The notes below the pieces were generated by a model. That model searched no databases. It had not been told where the DNA came from and saw only the letters and a list, made by a program, of their open reading frames with translations. This document shows positions 25,656 to 39,298 of a DNA stretch of 64,000 bases, piece after piece. The number at the start of each line of letters is the position of its first letter. Position 1 is the stretch's first letter. Position numbers and translations under genes: made by a program. Source of the DNA: Octopus vulgaris (taxonomy: Eukaryota); NCBI GenBank assembly GCA_951406725.2, contig OX597815.1, positions 191,394,001-191,458,000 of the forward strand, in the 5' to 3' direction.

Positions 25656-26915
25656 GAAAGAAAAAAAAAAGAACATAATGTTGGTCGGTTGATTGATTGA
25701 TTGATTTCTCCAGCCATGCTTTACATTGCATGGTGAGAGGGGGAGAGGGGGTAAAAGAGAGAGAGAGAGAGAATTTATTGTAAGAGGTGCTGGACAAGTG
25801 CGCGAACTTGGCTTGGTGGCAGGCAATGAATATAGAATGATACACACACACTTAGTGGGAGAGGGAGAATCATACAAACAGAGAAGGAAGGGGAGCAGGG
25901 TAAATGACAGAGTAAAGCGAGAGAGAGAGAGAGAGAGAGAGGAATGAAAGCTTAACAGTTCAGAACAGTGTAATAAAGCTTAGAAAAAAAAATATTGTAG
26001 AAATAAAAGTTATAAATCAAATCAGAGGGAGTAAAAGGGAGAGGAGACAGAGAAAATATTAAAAGGAAGTAATAAATATTTTTCTCTTGAAAATTTATAT
26101 TTATTTCATTTTGTATAAATACCATGAAATTTGATGAAAAAGAAATTATAATTATTATATGAATGCCTTTCCTGATATTACCTGTGTTAGCAAAAAATAC
26201 AATTACCGCTCGCCATAATGTGGTTTACCTATTGTGGTTTATTATCTAAGCTTACGTCAATTCCTCTGTGATGTTATTTCACATTAATAGTGCCGGTGGC
26301 ACATAAAAAGCACCAGCCGACCATGGCCATTTGCCAGCCCCGTCTGACACCTGTGCCGGTGGCACGTAAAAAGCACCCACTACACCCACGGAGTGGTTGA
26401 CGTTAGGAAGGGCATCCAGCCGTAGAAACATTGCCAGATCAAACTGGGCCTGGTGCAGCCTTCTGGCTTCCCAGATCCCAGTTGAACCGTCCAACCCATG
26501 CTAGCATGGAAAGCGGATGCTAAATGATGATGATGATGATACAAATTTTTAAAGTAATAAAAACAAATATACAGTACAGTACTGTTTCTACTTCATAGAT
26601 TTTCACCCATCACAGGGGGTGTTGGGACGTTACCCCTGTGATAGTTGAGGAATTACTGTATGCCTCCAAAGTTACTTGTCATATGATGGGCAATACTCTA
26701 GCTTGACTACGGAAAATAAGGAAGGTGAAGACAGTGCCAACTATTGTTGGGTCCTTGGGGACAGTATCTGAAAGCATCAAGAGGAATATAAAGGAAATTG
26801 GAATAGAGGACCCGGTAGAGCTGTTACAAAATGAACAAGGCCTGAAATTACCACAACACAAGGATGTGGTACATGTACTGTTTTAGCAGACGCTCAGGGA
26901 AGGAAAGAAAGATGG

Positions 26916-26949
26916 TTTAACGTTTCGAGCAGACACTCTTCTTCGGAAA
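26916..26949 (-). ncRNA. Variant hammerhead-like motif (CCGAAGA core) in a Penelope-like fragment beside (TA)n
   Basis: Minus strand TTT-CCGAAGA-aGAG(tgtctg)CTC-GAA-ACGT-T-AAA; U4 of the core is replaced by C. Confidence 0.45.
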
Positions 26950-26984
26950 GAGAGGAAAGTCCAATAGAAGAGAAGATGAAAGAA

Positions 26985-27023
<39 letters not shown>

Positions 27024-27897
27024 TACACACACACACACATAAATAATATGTAATGGTGTCTGTCTGTCTGTGTGTTTGGGGTTACTGTAACTCCTCCCAC
27101 ACCGTCCAACTGATTTTAATGATTTTTGGCACTTAAGTAGATCACATACCCAGAAGTTCAAATAAGGCTAGAATTTTTCGAAAACTTGATTTATATGTCA
27201 TGTCCCTCTAAGCTTAGTCAACGGAAGTGAATATTTCGCTGATGAGATCTAACCAAGGCAGAAACATGTCGTTTACCACAGTTGGAAGACAAAATCCACT
27301 CCTAACTGCACTAACGTTGCCTCAAAATTTGAATTAGTTTATATTACCGGACTTATCTATTTTACTCCTGGACGGAGATTTGTCTTCTAATTGTAAAGAC
27401 GTCCGTTAAACGAGTTTTTTTCAAACTCTATATTACAGAGGTAAGATTTTACGGTCAATATTTAGTATGCTGACTTCTCCCTTGAGTTGTATTACCTCAG
27501 TCCTAACATGTTTTGCTTACTCGGGTTATCCAAATCTTTTTTCTTTTTACACATTTTTCCGGATTGTTTTGGTTTATGACCAATCCCGCAGATATATTTT
27601 ACCAAAACAAAAGATCACCTCACCTCACCTCACATATTCTCACTTACGTCTATCATGTTTGGCATTGAATTGCGTTTCCCAGAAAACCGGATGAATATTA
27701 AAAAAATTCGTAAACATGGGAAGTGTGGACACGGTAGACTTTCACTTCAGAACCCGGAAACACACACACATACATAATAATAATAATAATAATAATAATT
27801 AATTCGTTTATTGGCCACAAGGGCAAACAAAAATCAATTAAAACATAAAGGAACAAAACACAGGACGAAAGTAAGAAAGGGTTTTGTCCGTTTGAAA

Positions 27898-28309
27898 ATA
27901 GTAGTAGTAGTAATAATAGTAGTAGTAGTAGTAATAATAATAGTAGTAGTAGTAGTAATAATAATAATAATAATAGTAGTAGTAGTAGTAGTAATAATAA
28001 TAATAATAGTAGTAGTAGTAATAATAATAGTAGTAGTAATAATAATAATAATAGTAGTAGTAGTAATAATAATAGTAGTAGTAATAATAATAGTAGTAGT
28101 AGTAATAATAATAATAGTAGTAGTAGTAACTAATAATAATAGCAGTAGTAATAATAATAATAGTAGTAGTAGTAATAATAATAATAGTAGTAGTAATAGT
28201 AGTAGTAGTAATAATAATAATAGTAGTAGTAATAATAATAATAGTAGTAGTAATAGTAATAATAATAATAGTAGTAGTAGTAGTAATAATAATAGTAGTA
28301 GTAGTAGTA

Positions 28310-28342
<33 letters not shown>
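27898..28342. repeat. Compound (TAG)n/(TAA)n microsatellite
   Basis: About 445 bp of interleaved GTA/ATA triplets; source of the spurious poly-V/I/N/S/L ORFs. Confidence 0.97.
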
Positions 28343-28343
<1 letters not shown>

Positions 28344-28766
28344 GAGGGGGAAAAAAAGCATCAGTTTGACTGCTGTTTCTCGCATTTTAAGACCATGTAG
28401 CGGCCCACTTGATGATTTCGTCGGAGCTGATAGCGTTTACGTCAATTGTTTTTCTAAATTGCAAGGGTTTTTTTTTATCTTGCGAGAGGCATTTTTCTGT
28501 CCATGCTTACTCACCTCTACTCAGTCAGTCAGTCGGTTTATATCTTTTAAAAATTATCGCCCACATATTTCACTACAAAGATAAGTAAAAAAAAAAAGAA
28601 AAACTGAGAAGGTAGTCTTTTAATAATTAATTACAGTTGATAAACTTTTTTTTAATCTTTTTAAGCAGCAGCTGTGGCTGAATCTAGTTTATAAGAAGAG
28701 TGTGTTTGTTTGTTGGTTTTTGTCTAACGCACATAGTCCAAACTCTATCAGTAAATATACGGCGGC

Positions 28767-29080
28767 ACTACTAGAGAACAGTGGTCCCGGTGCGCGCCCT
28801 CGCGTACTCGCGCATCCGCGCCAGCTAGTCGCGACTAGTCGATCCTTACTTTGCGTTTTTGCGTGTTATTTACTTTGTTTAAAAAAATCATTTACTTTGC
28901 GTTTTTGCGTTTCATTTGCTTTGTTTAACGAAAATCCTTTACTTTGTGCGAAAAAAATTATTCATTTCGTGTTTTATTTACTTTGCTAGGGAGTCGTTGT
29001 AGGATCGACCAGTCGCGACTCGCTAGCGCGGATGCGCGACTGCGCGTGTGCGCGCACCGGGACCACTGTTCGCTAGTAGT
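28767..29080. mobile_element. MITE-like element with ~80-bp CpG-rich inverted termini upstream of the TRC8-like gene
   Basis: ACTACTAGAGAACAGTGGTCCCGGTGCGCG...AGTCGCGACTAGTCGATCCT / AGGATCGACCAGTCGCGACT...CGCGCACCGGGACCACTGTTCGCTAGTAGT; T-rich internal TTTACTTTG repeats. Confidence 0.8.
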
Positions 29081-29776
29081 TACCTAAATACTAAAATATA
29101 CTTCTCATCTGAATTTTAAATTCTTTGTGAAGCACGCTAATCGCATGTTAAACTGATAGAGTCGAAACGTACAGCGTTTCCCCATTGAAACACACACACA
29201 CCCCAAGAAAGAAAGAAAGCCATCGTGGTCACAACTTGGCCATTTACCACGGTCTGCAACAACCCCCGATGATAAATATGCCTCTTTAAAGAAAAAAAAA
29301 AAAAACTAAGATATATAAACATAAATAATATACATGTATATATTTATATTTATATTTATAATTTCTACATAGAACAGTTCACCAACGAAAACAACAGCTA
29401 TTTATAGCTCAATACTTTTTTTGATTTACTGCAGGATATGAACCAGCTTCGATATATTTATTGTTCATTGATATAATCGGAAAAGGTCTGTGTGCAGAGA
29501 CGTGCATCGTCATGTATTTACATGTATATAGCAGCACTTATGGTAGGTGCAGTATTAATTAGAAAGAAATTAAGTTTCTGCGTATCTTGAAGCCCTGGGT
29601 TGCCGTAAAGCGGTACGGAGTGTCGGTAGTTTGTCTTGTGTTTATGATCAGAGTCTGCCGAAAATTGCAGTTTTGATCAGAACCCGTTTGTGTGTTCGGC
29701 AGATTTGGACTCCCCGTTTGGAGCGAGGGATAGTCGGTTTTTTTAACACTTCAAGGGAGCTTTCCATTCACAAAGT

Positions 29777-29957
29777 ATGACATGGAGGGACAGACTAGAA
29801 AATCTCCTTGACATCGCCTTGAGAATCCCTCCTCTTTTCGTGATGGATGCTATACTAAATAAGCAAACATCTGTAGGATTTTGGTTGCTTTTCAACATCA
29901 AAGAACCGCCAGATTCGTGGGGATTTAGTACTATCACGTTTCTCTTTGATTTTGCAG
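29777..29957 (+). CDS. RNF139: TRC8/RNF139-like E3 ligase, coding exon 1 (MTWRDRLENLLDIALRIPPLFVMDAILN...FDFA)
   Basis: LDIALRIPPLF.MDAIL matches the TRC8/RNF145 N-terminal L...LR.P.L...D..L motif; G|gtaaac donor at 29958; phase 1 joins in frame to 48373. Confidence 0.88.
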
Positions 29958-31759
29958 GTAAACATCATCATTTCTTTCAACTTATTATTTATTTTATCCT
30001 TAAAATAATCTTTTTTTCTTCTCAAATCCATTCAAATCTCAACGATACATTTCTATTATTATAATAATCTACCCCGCATTTTTGTTTGCAAATAAGACAA
30101 GGTATTCCTAAAATGGGAAAGTTAAAAAACCCAGCGAGGTGTCACTCATTTATATTAGTTTACCTGTGTGAATGTGTGACCACCTAGCAAAAGAACTCAA
30201 TAGGATATCCGTATTGTCACAAAAAATACCTTTATATATGTTTCATCATAGCAGTTGTCCATCTTCAGCTCTTAATTACATTACCTCTACAACCAAAAAT
30301 AATATACACACACATATATATATATATATACACAAGATAAGAAAATGGAGAAATACATCTAAATCAAATATCAATTACCAGATAATACTCAATCACATAC
30401 TTTATTAAACCACCACATAAGAGACTTGTAGGGTTAAACTAGCAGTATATTGGATATATGTTATCCCTTGGAGGGTTGCATTTACAACCCCTATCTCAAT
30501 TTGTATATATATATATATATGTATAGTGTGGTAGCTGTTATTATTATGTAAGGCTGAAGAACAATGTCAACTGTTGTAATTTTCTCTCACTTTTGATTGT
30601 TGCTGTTATAGTTGTTGTTGTTTGGACTTAATTGTTGCTTTTATTTATTCAATCACTTCTCTAATTGTTGCTTTATTTCGTTATACTTCTTAATTTTACT
30701 AATACATCTTCATTTGAGATAATTCAGTTGCTAGTTAATTACTTAGTCTACACACACACATGATAATAATAATAATAATATTAATAACAATAATCCTTTC
30801 TACTATAATAAGCACAAGGGCTGAAATTTTGTGGGAAGGTGCAAGCTAATTACGCCGACCCCAGTGATCTCAACTGGTACCTTATTTAATCGACCCTGAA
30901 AAGATGGAATATAAAATCAATAATTTCCGACGTGCACTAGACCCCAAATTGATGGGAGGGGTTAGATAACTAAATAGTCGGCAACCTTTCGACGAAAGAT
31001 TGCCCAAAATAGTCTTTATGGCTAGACTGCCACTTATTTTTATCGCGCCCGGAAGAATGAAAAACGAACATGACCTCTTCCCGGATTTGAACCCTGAAAG
31101 TAACGGACCGTTTACTGAATACCACTCGGCATTTTCCTCGATGCTTCAACAAACGCACATTGTATATTAGAAAACATAGGGAGGGGTGCTATTTTTATTC
31201 AACAATGCGTATGCTTTTTAAGTAAGAATGTTCAGAACAGACTGTGGTCATGAACAACTTCTTGCGTATGTAACTCATACTCTTGGTATCTTTCAACGGT
31301 GACTAATATTTGTCATATGTTTGTCTCAGTTCTAGTGGCAATCCTCACAGCGAGAATAAATAAACGAGTAAAAGTGCAAATTGAGTCATCGAGTCTTAAC
31401 AGATATCTTTCGGTTATGACGAGTCTTTTTATCTTAACTTCCGATTGACAAATTTCGTGTTTGCTTTCATATACGCGCGCCCGTATACATATGTGTGTGT
31501 ATGTGTGTGTGTGTGAGTATATATATACTCATATGTACACAGAGACTCAAGCACAGACGTATGTATACACGCATAAATGTGTGTGTATGTGTAAGTATAT
31601 ATATATATATATATATGTATGTAGCAAAAGCTGCTGGCCCATCATGGATAATAAGCTGAGATGCTCGAAATATCTGATAAGGTAAGATAACACGATAGTC
31701 ACCTGGATAGTTAAGCAAGTAATATAGGAAGGTGTCGTACCCAATGACTGATGTAGCTG

Positions 31760-34600
31760 TATCATTGTAAATTACTGGAAGGACAAAGGTGATGCTTTTA
31801 GTAGGTGGATATTCTAGAGGTATCAGGTTTTTGGATCAGGCCATGAAGGTCACAGAGTGAGTTATGGCATAATTGATCTGATGGAGAGCTAGTTTAGATA
31901 AAATGTTATCTGACTTCATTTCTAGAAGGGCAACAACAGATGCAATCATTCTAGTAGCTGCTGTAGAAATACTTGGCTAAGTGTAAACTGCTATATCTGG
32001 CATTTATTGACTTGGAGACGGCCTTCTGGTGGTCACTAAGAAAACTAGTTGTAGATGAATGGCTTGTGAGGGCTGTACAAGTTATGTACAAAGATGCTGT
32101 AAGTACAAGTGAGATTCAATTGTAAGTTTTACGATAAATATAGCCTGAAGGAAGGGGGTCCATCAAAGTTCAGTCCCCAGCCCTATCTTATTTGGTATTG
32201 TCCTCCAGGCCATCACAAATGTCTAAGACTCGGCTGTCCATAGGAACTCCGATGTGCTGATGACCTTGGTGGCAAACCTGCTCTGATGGATACCGTAATG
32301 TTAAAAGTGCATGAGTGCCAGAACAGAACTGAACTTTGAGAAATATCGGATGTTAGCAGAATCAGGTGTGGTATATAAGAGAGAGCTTGCATTAGTATGG
32401 CCATATGATGCATGCAGTGGATGACTGCTGCATTAGGAAGTGCTGTGCACTTCATGTTTGTGGAACCCATAGAAGAGGGATACCGAGGAAGACGGGATGA
32501 AGTGGCAAAGACTAACCTAAAAGATGCTGCATTTTATCATCATCATCATTGTTTAACATCCGCTTTCCATGCTAGCATGGGTTGGACGATTTTGACTGAG
32601 GGCTGGCGAACCAGATGGCTGCACCAGGCTCCAATCTTGATCTGGCAGAGTTTCTACAGCTGGATGCCCTTCCTAACGCCCACCACTCCGAGAGTGTAGT
32701 GGGTGCTTTTTACGTGCTTCCGGCATGGGGCCAGTCGGGCGGTACTGGCAACGACCTCGCTTGAATCTTTTTACACATGCCACCGGCACGGAAGCCAGTT
32801 AGCCGCTCTGGCAACGATCACGCTCGGATGGAGATGACAAAAGACCGTATTGATTGACAATAGGTGGTGCTGCAAAAAACTTGCTCACCCTCAGTAACAC
32901 ATGCTCTTAAGTTGGGGGGTTGTGTTAGAAGCTGCAATACTTGTACCCTGCCAGGCCTACATTTACTGCTTTTAACCTTCATCATCATCATTGTTTTAAC
33001 ATCTACTTTTCAATGCTTGCATGAGTCAGATGAAATTCTTTGAGGTAGATTTCTAGGGTCAGGTACTCTTTCTCTTGTCAATTCTCATCTGTTTCATGGA
33101 AAATTACTAACAAACAGGGGATGCTTGTTTACAATCATCTGTGATGCATATGTTTGCACGTGTATGTATTGTATGTATGAATATGCACTTGTGTGTGTGT
33201 GTACATATGGCTCAGAGTTTGGCAGATACAGAAAAGAAGGACAGCCTGGAAAAAGAAGATACGGAATTTAAAAGATTCCATAACTGGGAACAGATAAAAG
33301 AAATCCTAACTGACACATATGACTGTAAGGAAGCAGATTTATACACCTGTAGCAGGGATGAAAACTGGGAATTTCTGTGAAGTAAATTGCTTAGGGCCAC
33401 AGAACAGACATGTGACTAGAACAAAGTCCTGACCGAACCAAAAGTGACTTGGTCGACAGGACTGTAAATGATAAGTGACAGGCTTAATAATCCCAGAGAG
33501 AAGGTGCTAGTAGGGAGCATTACCAAATGGCTTGAGGGACAGCTAATCACCAGGTATACTTGGCTATGGGTGAGGCAGACAGGTAGATGCTTGTGCATGT
33601 CTTGCAATGTGAGGATTAGAGGTGTGGGGTGTTCAGGATTGCAAGACATTGCGTGAGAGAGAAACAAGATGTCATAGGTGAAGAGTGTAGCCCGGATGAT
33701 GAAGGCATACTTGCCATCAATATGGAAGACAAGAAAGTGGCATAGAGGTGTTATTGTGAGAGGCTGTTGGATGCAGAGAATGTTTGGGATAAAGAGGGTT
33801 TACTTATACTGATGCTACAAAAGGATCAGCAATTCAAGTCAACAACAGCATGGAAGGTAAGGTGATGAAGAACACGAAGAGGGGGAAAACTGCAGGTCCA
33901 TCAGGGATAGTTGCAGAGATTCTCGAAATATCCATTGAGATAGGGTACAGTATTACCGACGGGTCAATTAATCTCTATATATATAAAAGCTGAAGTTGTC
34001 TGTGTATGGCAGGTTCGGTAGCCTTCAACTAACACTATCTCCTCCGAGACCCTGTGGCACAAGTTGACCAAAATTGAGAGTATGATAGAAGAAGGCTTGC
34101 TTTTCCTTCCATACAAGAAAAAATTCAAATCGGACCATGTTAAGACCAAAAATTATTTACATCATAAAGGTGCTTTTTTTCTATGAAAATCCCTAATTTT
34201 TACGATTTTTTGACTGCTGTGTCACCATTTTTCGGTGTATTTCAACCAGAAAAATGTTCACTTAAAGAGAATAACAAGCTACATAATGCAAAATTTTTAA
34301 TTTTCAAAAGTTCCAATTCTAAATGGTCGAAACAAACCCAAGCAATGCCAGGTGATACTGCTAGTCAAGTTATACAGGAAGGATTCATACCTAATGAATG
34401 GTGAGCAGTCTCATCGTAAACTTCCACAAGGGCAAAAGTGATATCTTAGAGAGAAACAGCTCTAGAGGAATCAAGCTAAAGGATCAGGTTGTGAAGGTCA
34501 GAGAGAAAGTTATAGCACAATTGATTCCTGATAGGACAGATGAGATGCAATTCGGTTTTGTGTCTGGAAGAGGTATGATACATGCAGTCTTCCTATGTGA
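31760..34600 (+). mobile_element. Cluster of heavily decayed RTE-like LINE ORF2 fragments in the TRC8 intron
   Basis: Remnants LYLAFIDLE, GVHQSSV.SP.LF, DEMQFGFVSGRG; many stops; interrupted by other repeats. Confidence 0.6.
33972..34364 (+). mobile_element. Non-autonomous Helitron
   Basis: 5' TC(TCTATATATATAAAAG), 3' degenerate hairpin then CTAG, inserted between A and T with no TSD; removing it restores the LINE frame INQVIQEG. Confidence 0.8.
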
Positions 34601-35026
34601 TAGAGTCATCTCTCTTTACTCTTTTACTCTTTTACTTGTTTCAGTCAGTTGACTGCAGCCATGCAGGAGCACCGCCTTTAGTCGAGCAACTCGACCCCAG
34701 GACTTATTCTTTGTAAGCCCAGTACTTATTCTATCGGTCTCTTTTTGCCGAACCGCTAATTGACTGGGACATAAACACACCAGCATCGGTTGTCAAGCAA
34801 TGCTAGGGGGACAAACATAGACACACAAACATACACGCACACACATATATATATATACACATATACACGACAGGCTTCTTTCAGTTTCCGTCTACCATAT
34901 CCACTCACAAGGCTTTGGTCGGCCCGAGGCTATAGTAGAAGACATTTGCCCAAGGTGCCACGCAGTGGGACTGAACCCGGAACCATGTGGTTGGTAAGGA
35001 AGCTACTTACCACACAGCCTCTCCTG

Positions 35027-35299
35027 TACAGATTTTCTATAGAAATTGTAGCCAACACTGACTTTATTACAGCATTTCATATCCAAGACATCAGATGTAA
35101 ACAAACGAGATCAAGGATTAAGGGATTAGACGGATGCTGATGAAAGAGTGAAAATTCCCGAAATATGACATATATATATGCCCATTACCCATTTTTCATC
35201 TTTCATCTTCAGTCTCATTGTTTGTTTACATCTGGTGTCTCGGGTATGAAACATCGTAACAAGATCAGTGTTGGCTACAATTTCTATAGAAAATCTGTA
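35027..35299. repeat. Fold-back element with ~85-bp inverted arms (outer ~34 bp perfect)
   Basis: TACAGATTTTCTATAGAAATTGTAGCCAACACTGA / TCAGTGTTGGCTACAATTTCTATAGAAAATCTGTA; related fragments at about 13029, 35950-36650 and 57465. Confidence 0.75.
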
Positions 35300-37157
35300 A
35301 GAGATGGCCTTATCATGTGATTAAAGTGCACTGCTAACACAGTAGTACACGGTATTGACTTATAAAAAAAACCGTTTAATATACTTTACAGAATATTATG
35401 GTTGCATAATGAAATGCTGTGTGCTTACAAGTCAATATTTACGTATAACCATAAATATTTACGAATAGGCACAGGAGTGGCTGTGTGGTAAATAGCTTGC
35501 TTACCAACCACATGGTTCCGGGTTCAGTCCCACTGCATGGCACCTTGGACAAGTGTCTTCTATTATAGCCTCAGGCCAACCAAAGCCTTGTGAATGGATC
35601 TGGTAGACGGAAACTTAAAGAAGCCCATTGTATATATATATATACACGATGTGTGTGTATGTATGTGTTTGTGTGTTTGTCCCCCCAACATTGCTTGACA
35701 ACCGATGCTGGTGTGTTTATGTCCCCGTCACTTAGCACTTCGGCAAAAGAGCCCAATAGAATAAGTACTAATCTTACGAAGAATAAGTCCTGGGGTTGAT
35801 TTGTTTGACTAAAGGCAGTGCTCCAGCATGACCACAGTCAAATGAGAAACAAGTAAACAAGTAAGCTTTCAAGAATGTGTTTAATATGTAAATTTAACGG
35901 ACAACTGCTATGTGTAGTGACTATTTAAGTAATGAGTCTATGGATGATTAATAGGTTAGATGGGTGTTGATGAAGGAGTAAAACCTCCCGAAATATGGCA
36001 TATACACTCATTACCCATCTTTTCATCTTCAATCTCATTGTTTGTTTACATCTAGTGTCTTACTCTTTTACTTGTTTCAGTCATTTGACTGCGGCCATGC
36101 TGGAGCACTGCCTTTAATCGAGCAACTCGACCCCGGGACTTATTCTTTTGTAAGCCCAGTACTTATTCTATCGGTCTCTTTTGCCGAACCGCTAAGTAAC
36201 GGGGACATAAACACACCAGCATCGGTTGTCAAGCAATGCTAGGGGGACAAACACACTCACACAAACACACACACGCATACATATATATATACATATATAC
36301 GACGGGCTTCTTTCAGTTTCCGTCTACCAAATCCACTCACAAGGCTTTGGTTGGCCCGAGGCTATAGTAGAGGACACTTGCCCAAGGTGCCACACCGTGG
36401 GACTGAACCTGGAACCATGTGGTTGGTAAGGAAGCTACTTACCACAAAGCCACTCCTGCGCCTATGGATATAAAACATTATTAGAAAGTAACAAAGTCAG
36501 TGCTGGGCTTTAGAAAATCTGTTGAGATGACCTTAACAAGTGATGTAATAGCCCTGCTAACACAGTAGTACTCAGTATTGACTTATAAAAAAAAAAGACA
36601 TTTAGTATACTTTAGAGTATATGGTTGCATAACGAAATGTGCTGTTTGCCTACAAGTTTTTAATAACAACCTTCCTAATGAGGTGACTGCAAGAGAAATA
36701 CTTGGCCAAAAGTAAGCCATTATTTCTCGCCTCTGTTGACTTGGTGAAGGCATTTGACTGTACTGTGTACAATAATGTAGCAGTCATTAAGGAAATTTGG
36801 TGTTGACAAATAGCTCGAGAGCTGTATAAGTCATGTATAATTATGCAGTAGGTAAGCTGAGAATCCAACACCTTCAGTGATGAATTTAGCATGAGGTGTG
36901 GAATTCATCAAGGCTCAGTCTTCAGTCCTCTTCTATTCATCAAATCCTATTGGCCATCACAGAAGAGTCTAAGACTGATTGTCCATGATTTAGTTCTCAT
37001 AGCTGAATCTATAAGGGAGCCTAGAAATGAGTGGCCTTAAAGTAAACTTCGCAAAGATGAAGGTCTTAGTAAACGGGAAAGAAGACAGAATCTTGGTTCC
37101 TTCAGGTAAATGACTTTGTTCAATATGCAGAAAAGGAGTAGGTATTAACTCCATATA

Positions 37158-37669
37158 CCGTAAATCCTCGAGTATAATCCGCACTTTTTTCCCAAATTTT
37201 AATGGTCAAAATCCCTAATGCGTACTGTATACGAGGTTAAAAATGATAATTATTTTCTAAGCAATGTCCGAGTCTCTATTTGCTGTCCAGCAATGTTTAT
37301 TCAGAAGCATTTTGTGATGTTGGGTGCGAAAATACCTTAAGCTAAGCCTGAAAGCAATGAAGTCATAAAAGAATCATCCATAACTTGCAGTAAGCAACAT
37401 TTATTAAACGTTATTACTGTTATTTCTTTATTTTCTGCAAACAAAATGCACAAAAAAGCTACACGTTTGCATTATGTTATATATACAATAATAATAAAGG
37501 ATGTTACCGTATACATTTTTACAAACCAAGGGCGTTATATAGGCCTCCTTGACTCAAGTTAGAGAAAGGGTGCATATTATACACAAGGTTTAGGTTTTTC
37601 AGAGGTACAGCCCCCTAAAAATTCCCTGCGTATTATACTCAAGGGCAGACTATACTCGAGGATTTACGG
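37158..37669. mobile_element. Tc1/pogo-type MITE inserted in an RTE LINE fragment
   Basis: TIRs CCGTAAATCCTCGAGTATA / TATACTCGAGGATTTACGG with TA on both sides; removing it restores NSIYCIWCK. Confidence 0.85.
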
Positions 37670-39168
37670 TACTGTATTTGGTGTAAGCTATAGATGCAAG
37701 AGAAATAGAATCGCAGACAACATAAGCTTCATATGTAACAGATGCATGCACTGGAATGGTCATGCTATGAGCACACCAGAAATAGAATCGCTTGAATGAC
37801 TGGATGGCTCACTGCAAGCAGTTGATGGTTTTTGCTAGCTAGGAGATGTCATTCGTAAGGGAGATTGTTGCTCTGAAAATATAGTAGCCAGAGTAAGAAC
37901 GTGTTGGAGAAAGTTCAGGGAACCACTGTTGGCAACAAAAGTCTTTTCTCTCAGTGGGCAATAAACTGTGTGTGTGAAGACCTGTTGAGTCAAGTGAAGT
38001 CATTGTCATGGTCAATGCCAGATCCGCCTGACTGGCATTCATGCCGGTGACACATAAAATGCACCGTTCGAGTGTGGTCGATACCAGTGCCGCTTGACTG
38101 GTCCTGTGCCTGTGGCATGTAAAAAGCACCATTTGAGCGTGGCTGTTGCCAGTGCCGCCTGACTGGCTCTCGTGCTGGTGGCACGTAAAAAGCACCCACT
38201 ACACTTTTGGAGTGGTTGGCGTTAGGAAGGGCATCCAGCTGTAGAAACCTTGCCAGATTAAATTGGAGCCTGGTACAGCCTCCTGGCTTGCCAGTCCTCA
38301 GTCAAACCATCCAACCCATGCCAGCATGGAAAGACGTTAAACAACAATGATGATGATGATGGGCAGATTGCATGACGCCTGTATTAGAACTACAATGTTG
38401 CATAGTAATGAGATAGGGGCCTTGAATTCAGAGCACTTAAGAAGACTGGAAAGAAATGAGGTGAGCCTGCTCTGTTGAAAGAAAATGCATGAATGGTACA
38501 GTAAACAAGTGCTGAGAGAAAAACTGGGCATAAGAGGAATCAGACATAGTGTGCAAGAAAGAAGACTGTGTTGGTATGGAGCTGTGATGCATATGGATGA
38601 GGACAATTTATATAAGGAAGTGATGATCATTTAATATAGCTGGCACTTGCAGAAGGGAGAGACCCAGGAAGAAATAATGGTGAAGCGATGAAGACTGACC
38701 TCTGGACCCTGAGCCCCATGGAAGAGATGACAAAGGATTAAGATGTCTGGCAATATGAAGTTTCATCCAAAACTGAATACTGGAACACACTATATATATA
38801 TATATATATATTGTGCTCTCCACCCACCCTTTATATCAATTAATGCCTCACTCCCTGAACTTAATTACTTTTCATGAAGTACTATATCTGCCTCTCTCTC
38901 CTCGTTCCTCTGTTCTTGCAGCCTACCCAACCATGTTATCTCTCTCTCTCTCCCTGTCTCTCTCTTGTCTTCCCATTGTCATCTGTATCATTATTACTAT
39001 ACTGCTGCTCTTTCTCCCCATCCCATTCCCTTCTGCATCTCTCTCTTTTCCCCAACTGATGACTCATCGGTCACTCACCCTTTGACCATACACTCAATTT
39101 TATAGTTGCAGTCTGCCTTCTCTGCTCTCCATTCAATTTTGCAAACATCTCCATCCACCCACTTCTAC

Positions 39169-39298
39169 TCACCATGTGCTCTGAGTGGGGCCACCTGGAC
39201 ACCTCATCATCACCATGTGCTTTGAGTGGGGCCACCTGGACACCTCATCATCACCATGTGCTTTCAGTGGGGCCACCTGGACACCTCATCATCACCAT
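39169..39298. repeat. 41-bp minisatellite, about 3.2 copies
   Basis: TCACCATGTGCTYTSAGTGGGGCCACCTGGACACCTCATCA at 39169, 39210 and 39251. Confidence 0.9.

Noticed and set aside
27811-28584. 257-aa and 183-aa ORFs
   Set aside because: Translations of a TAG/TAA microsatellite
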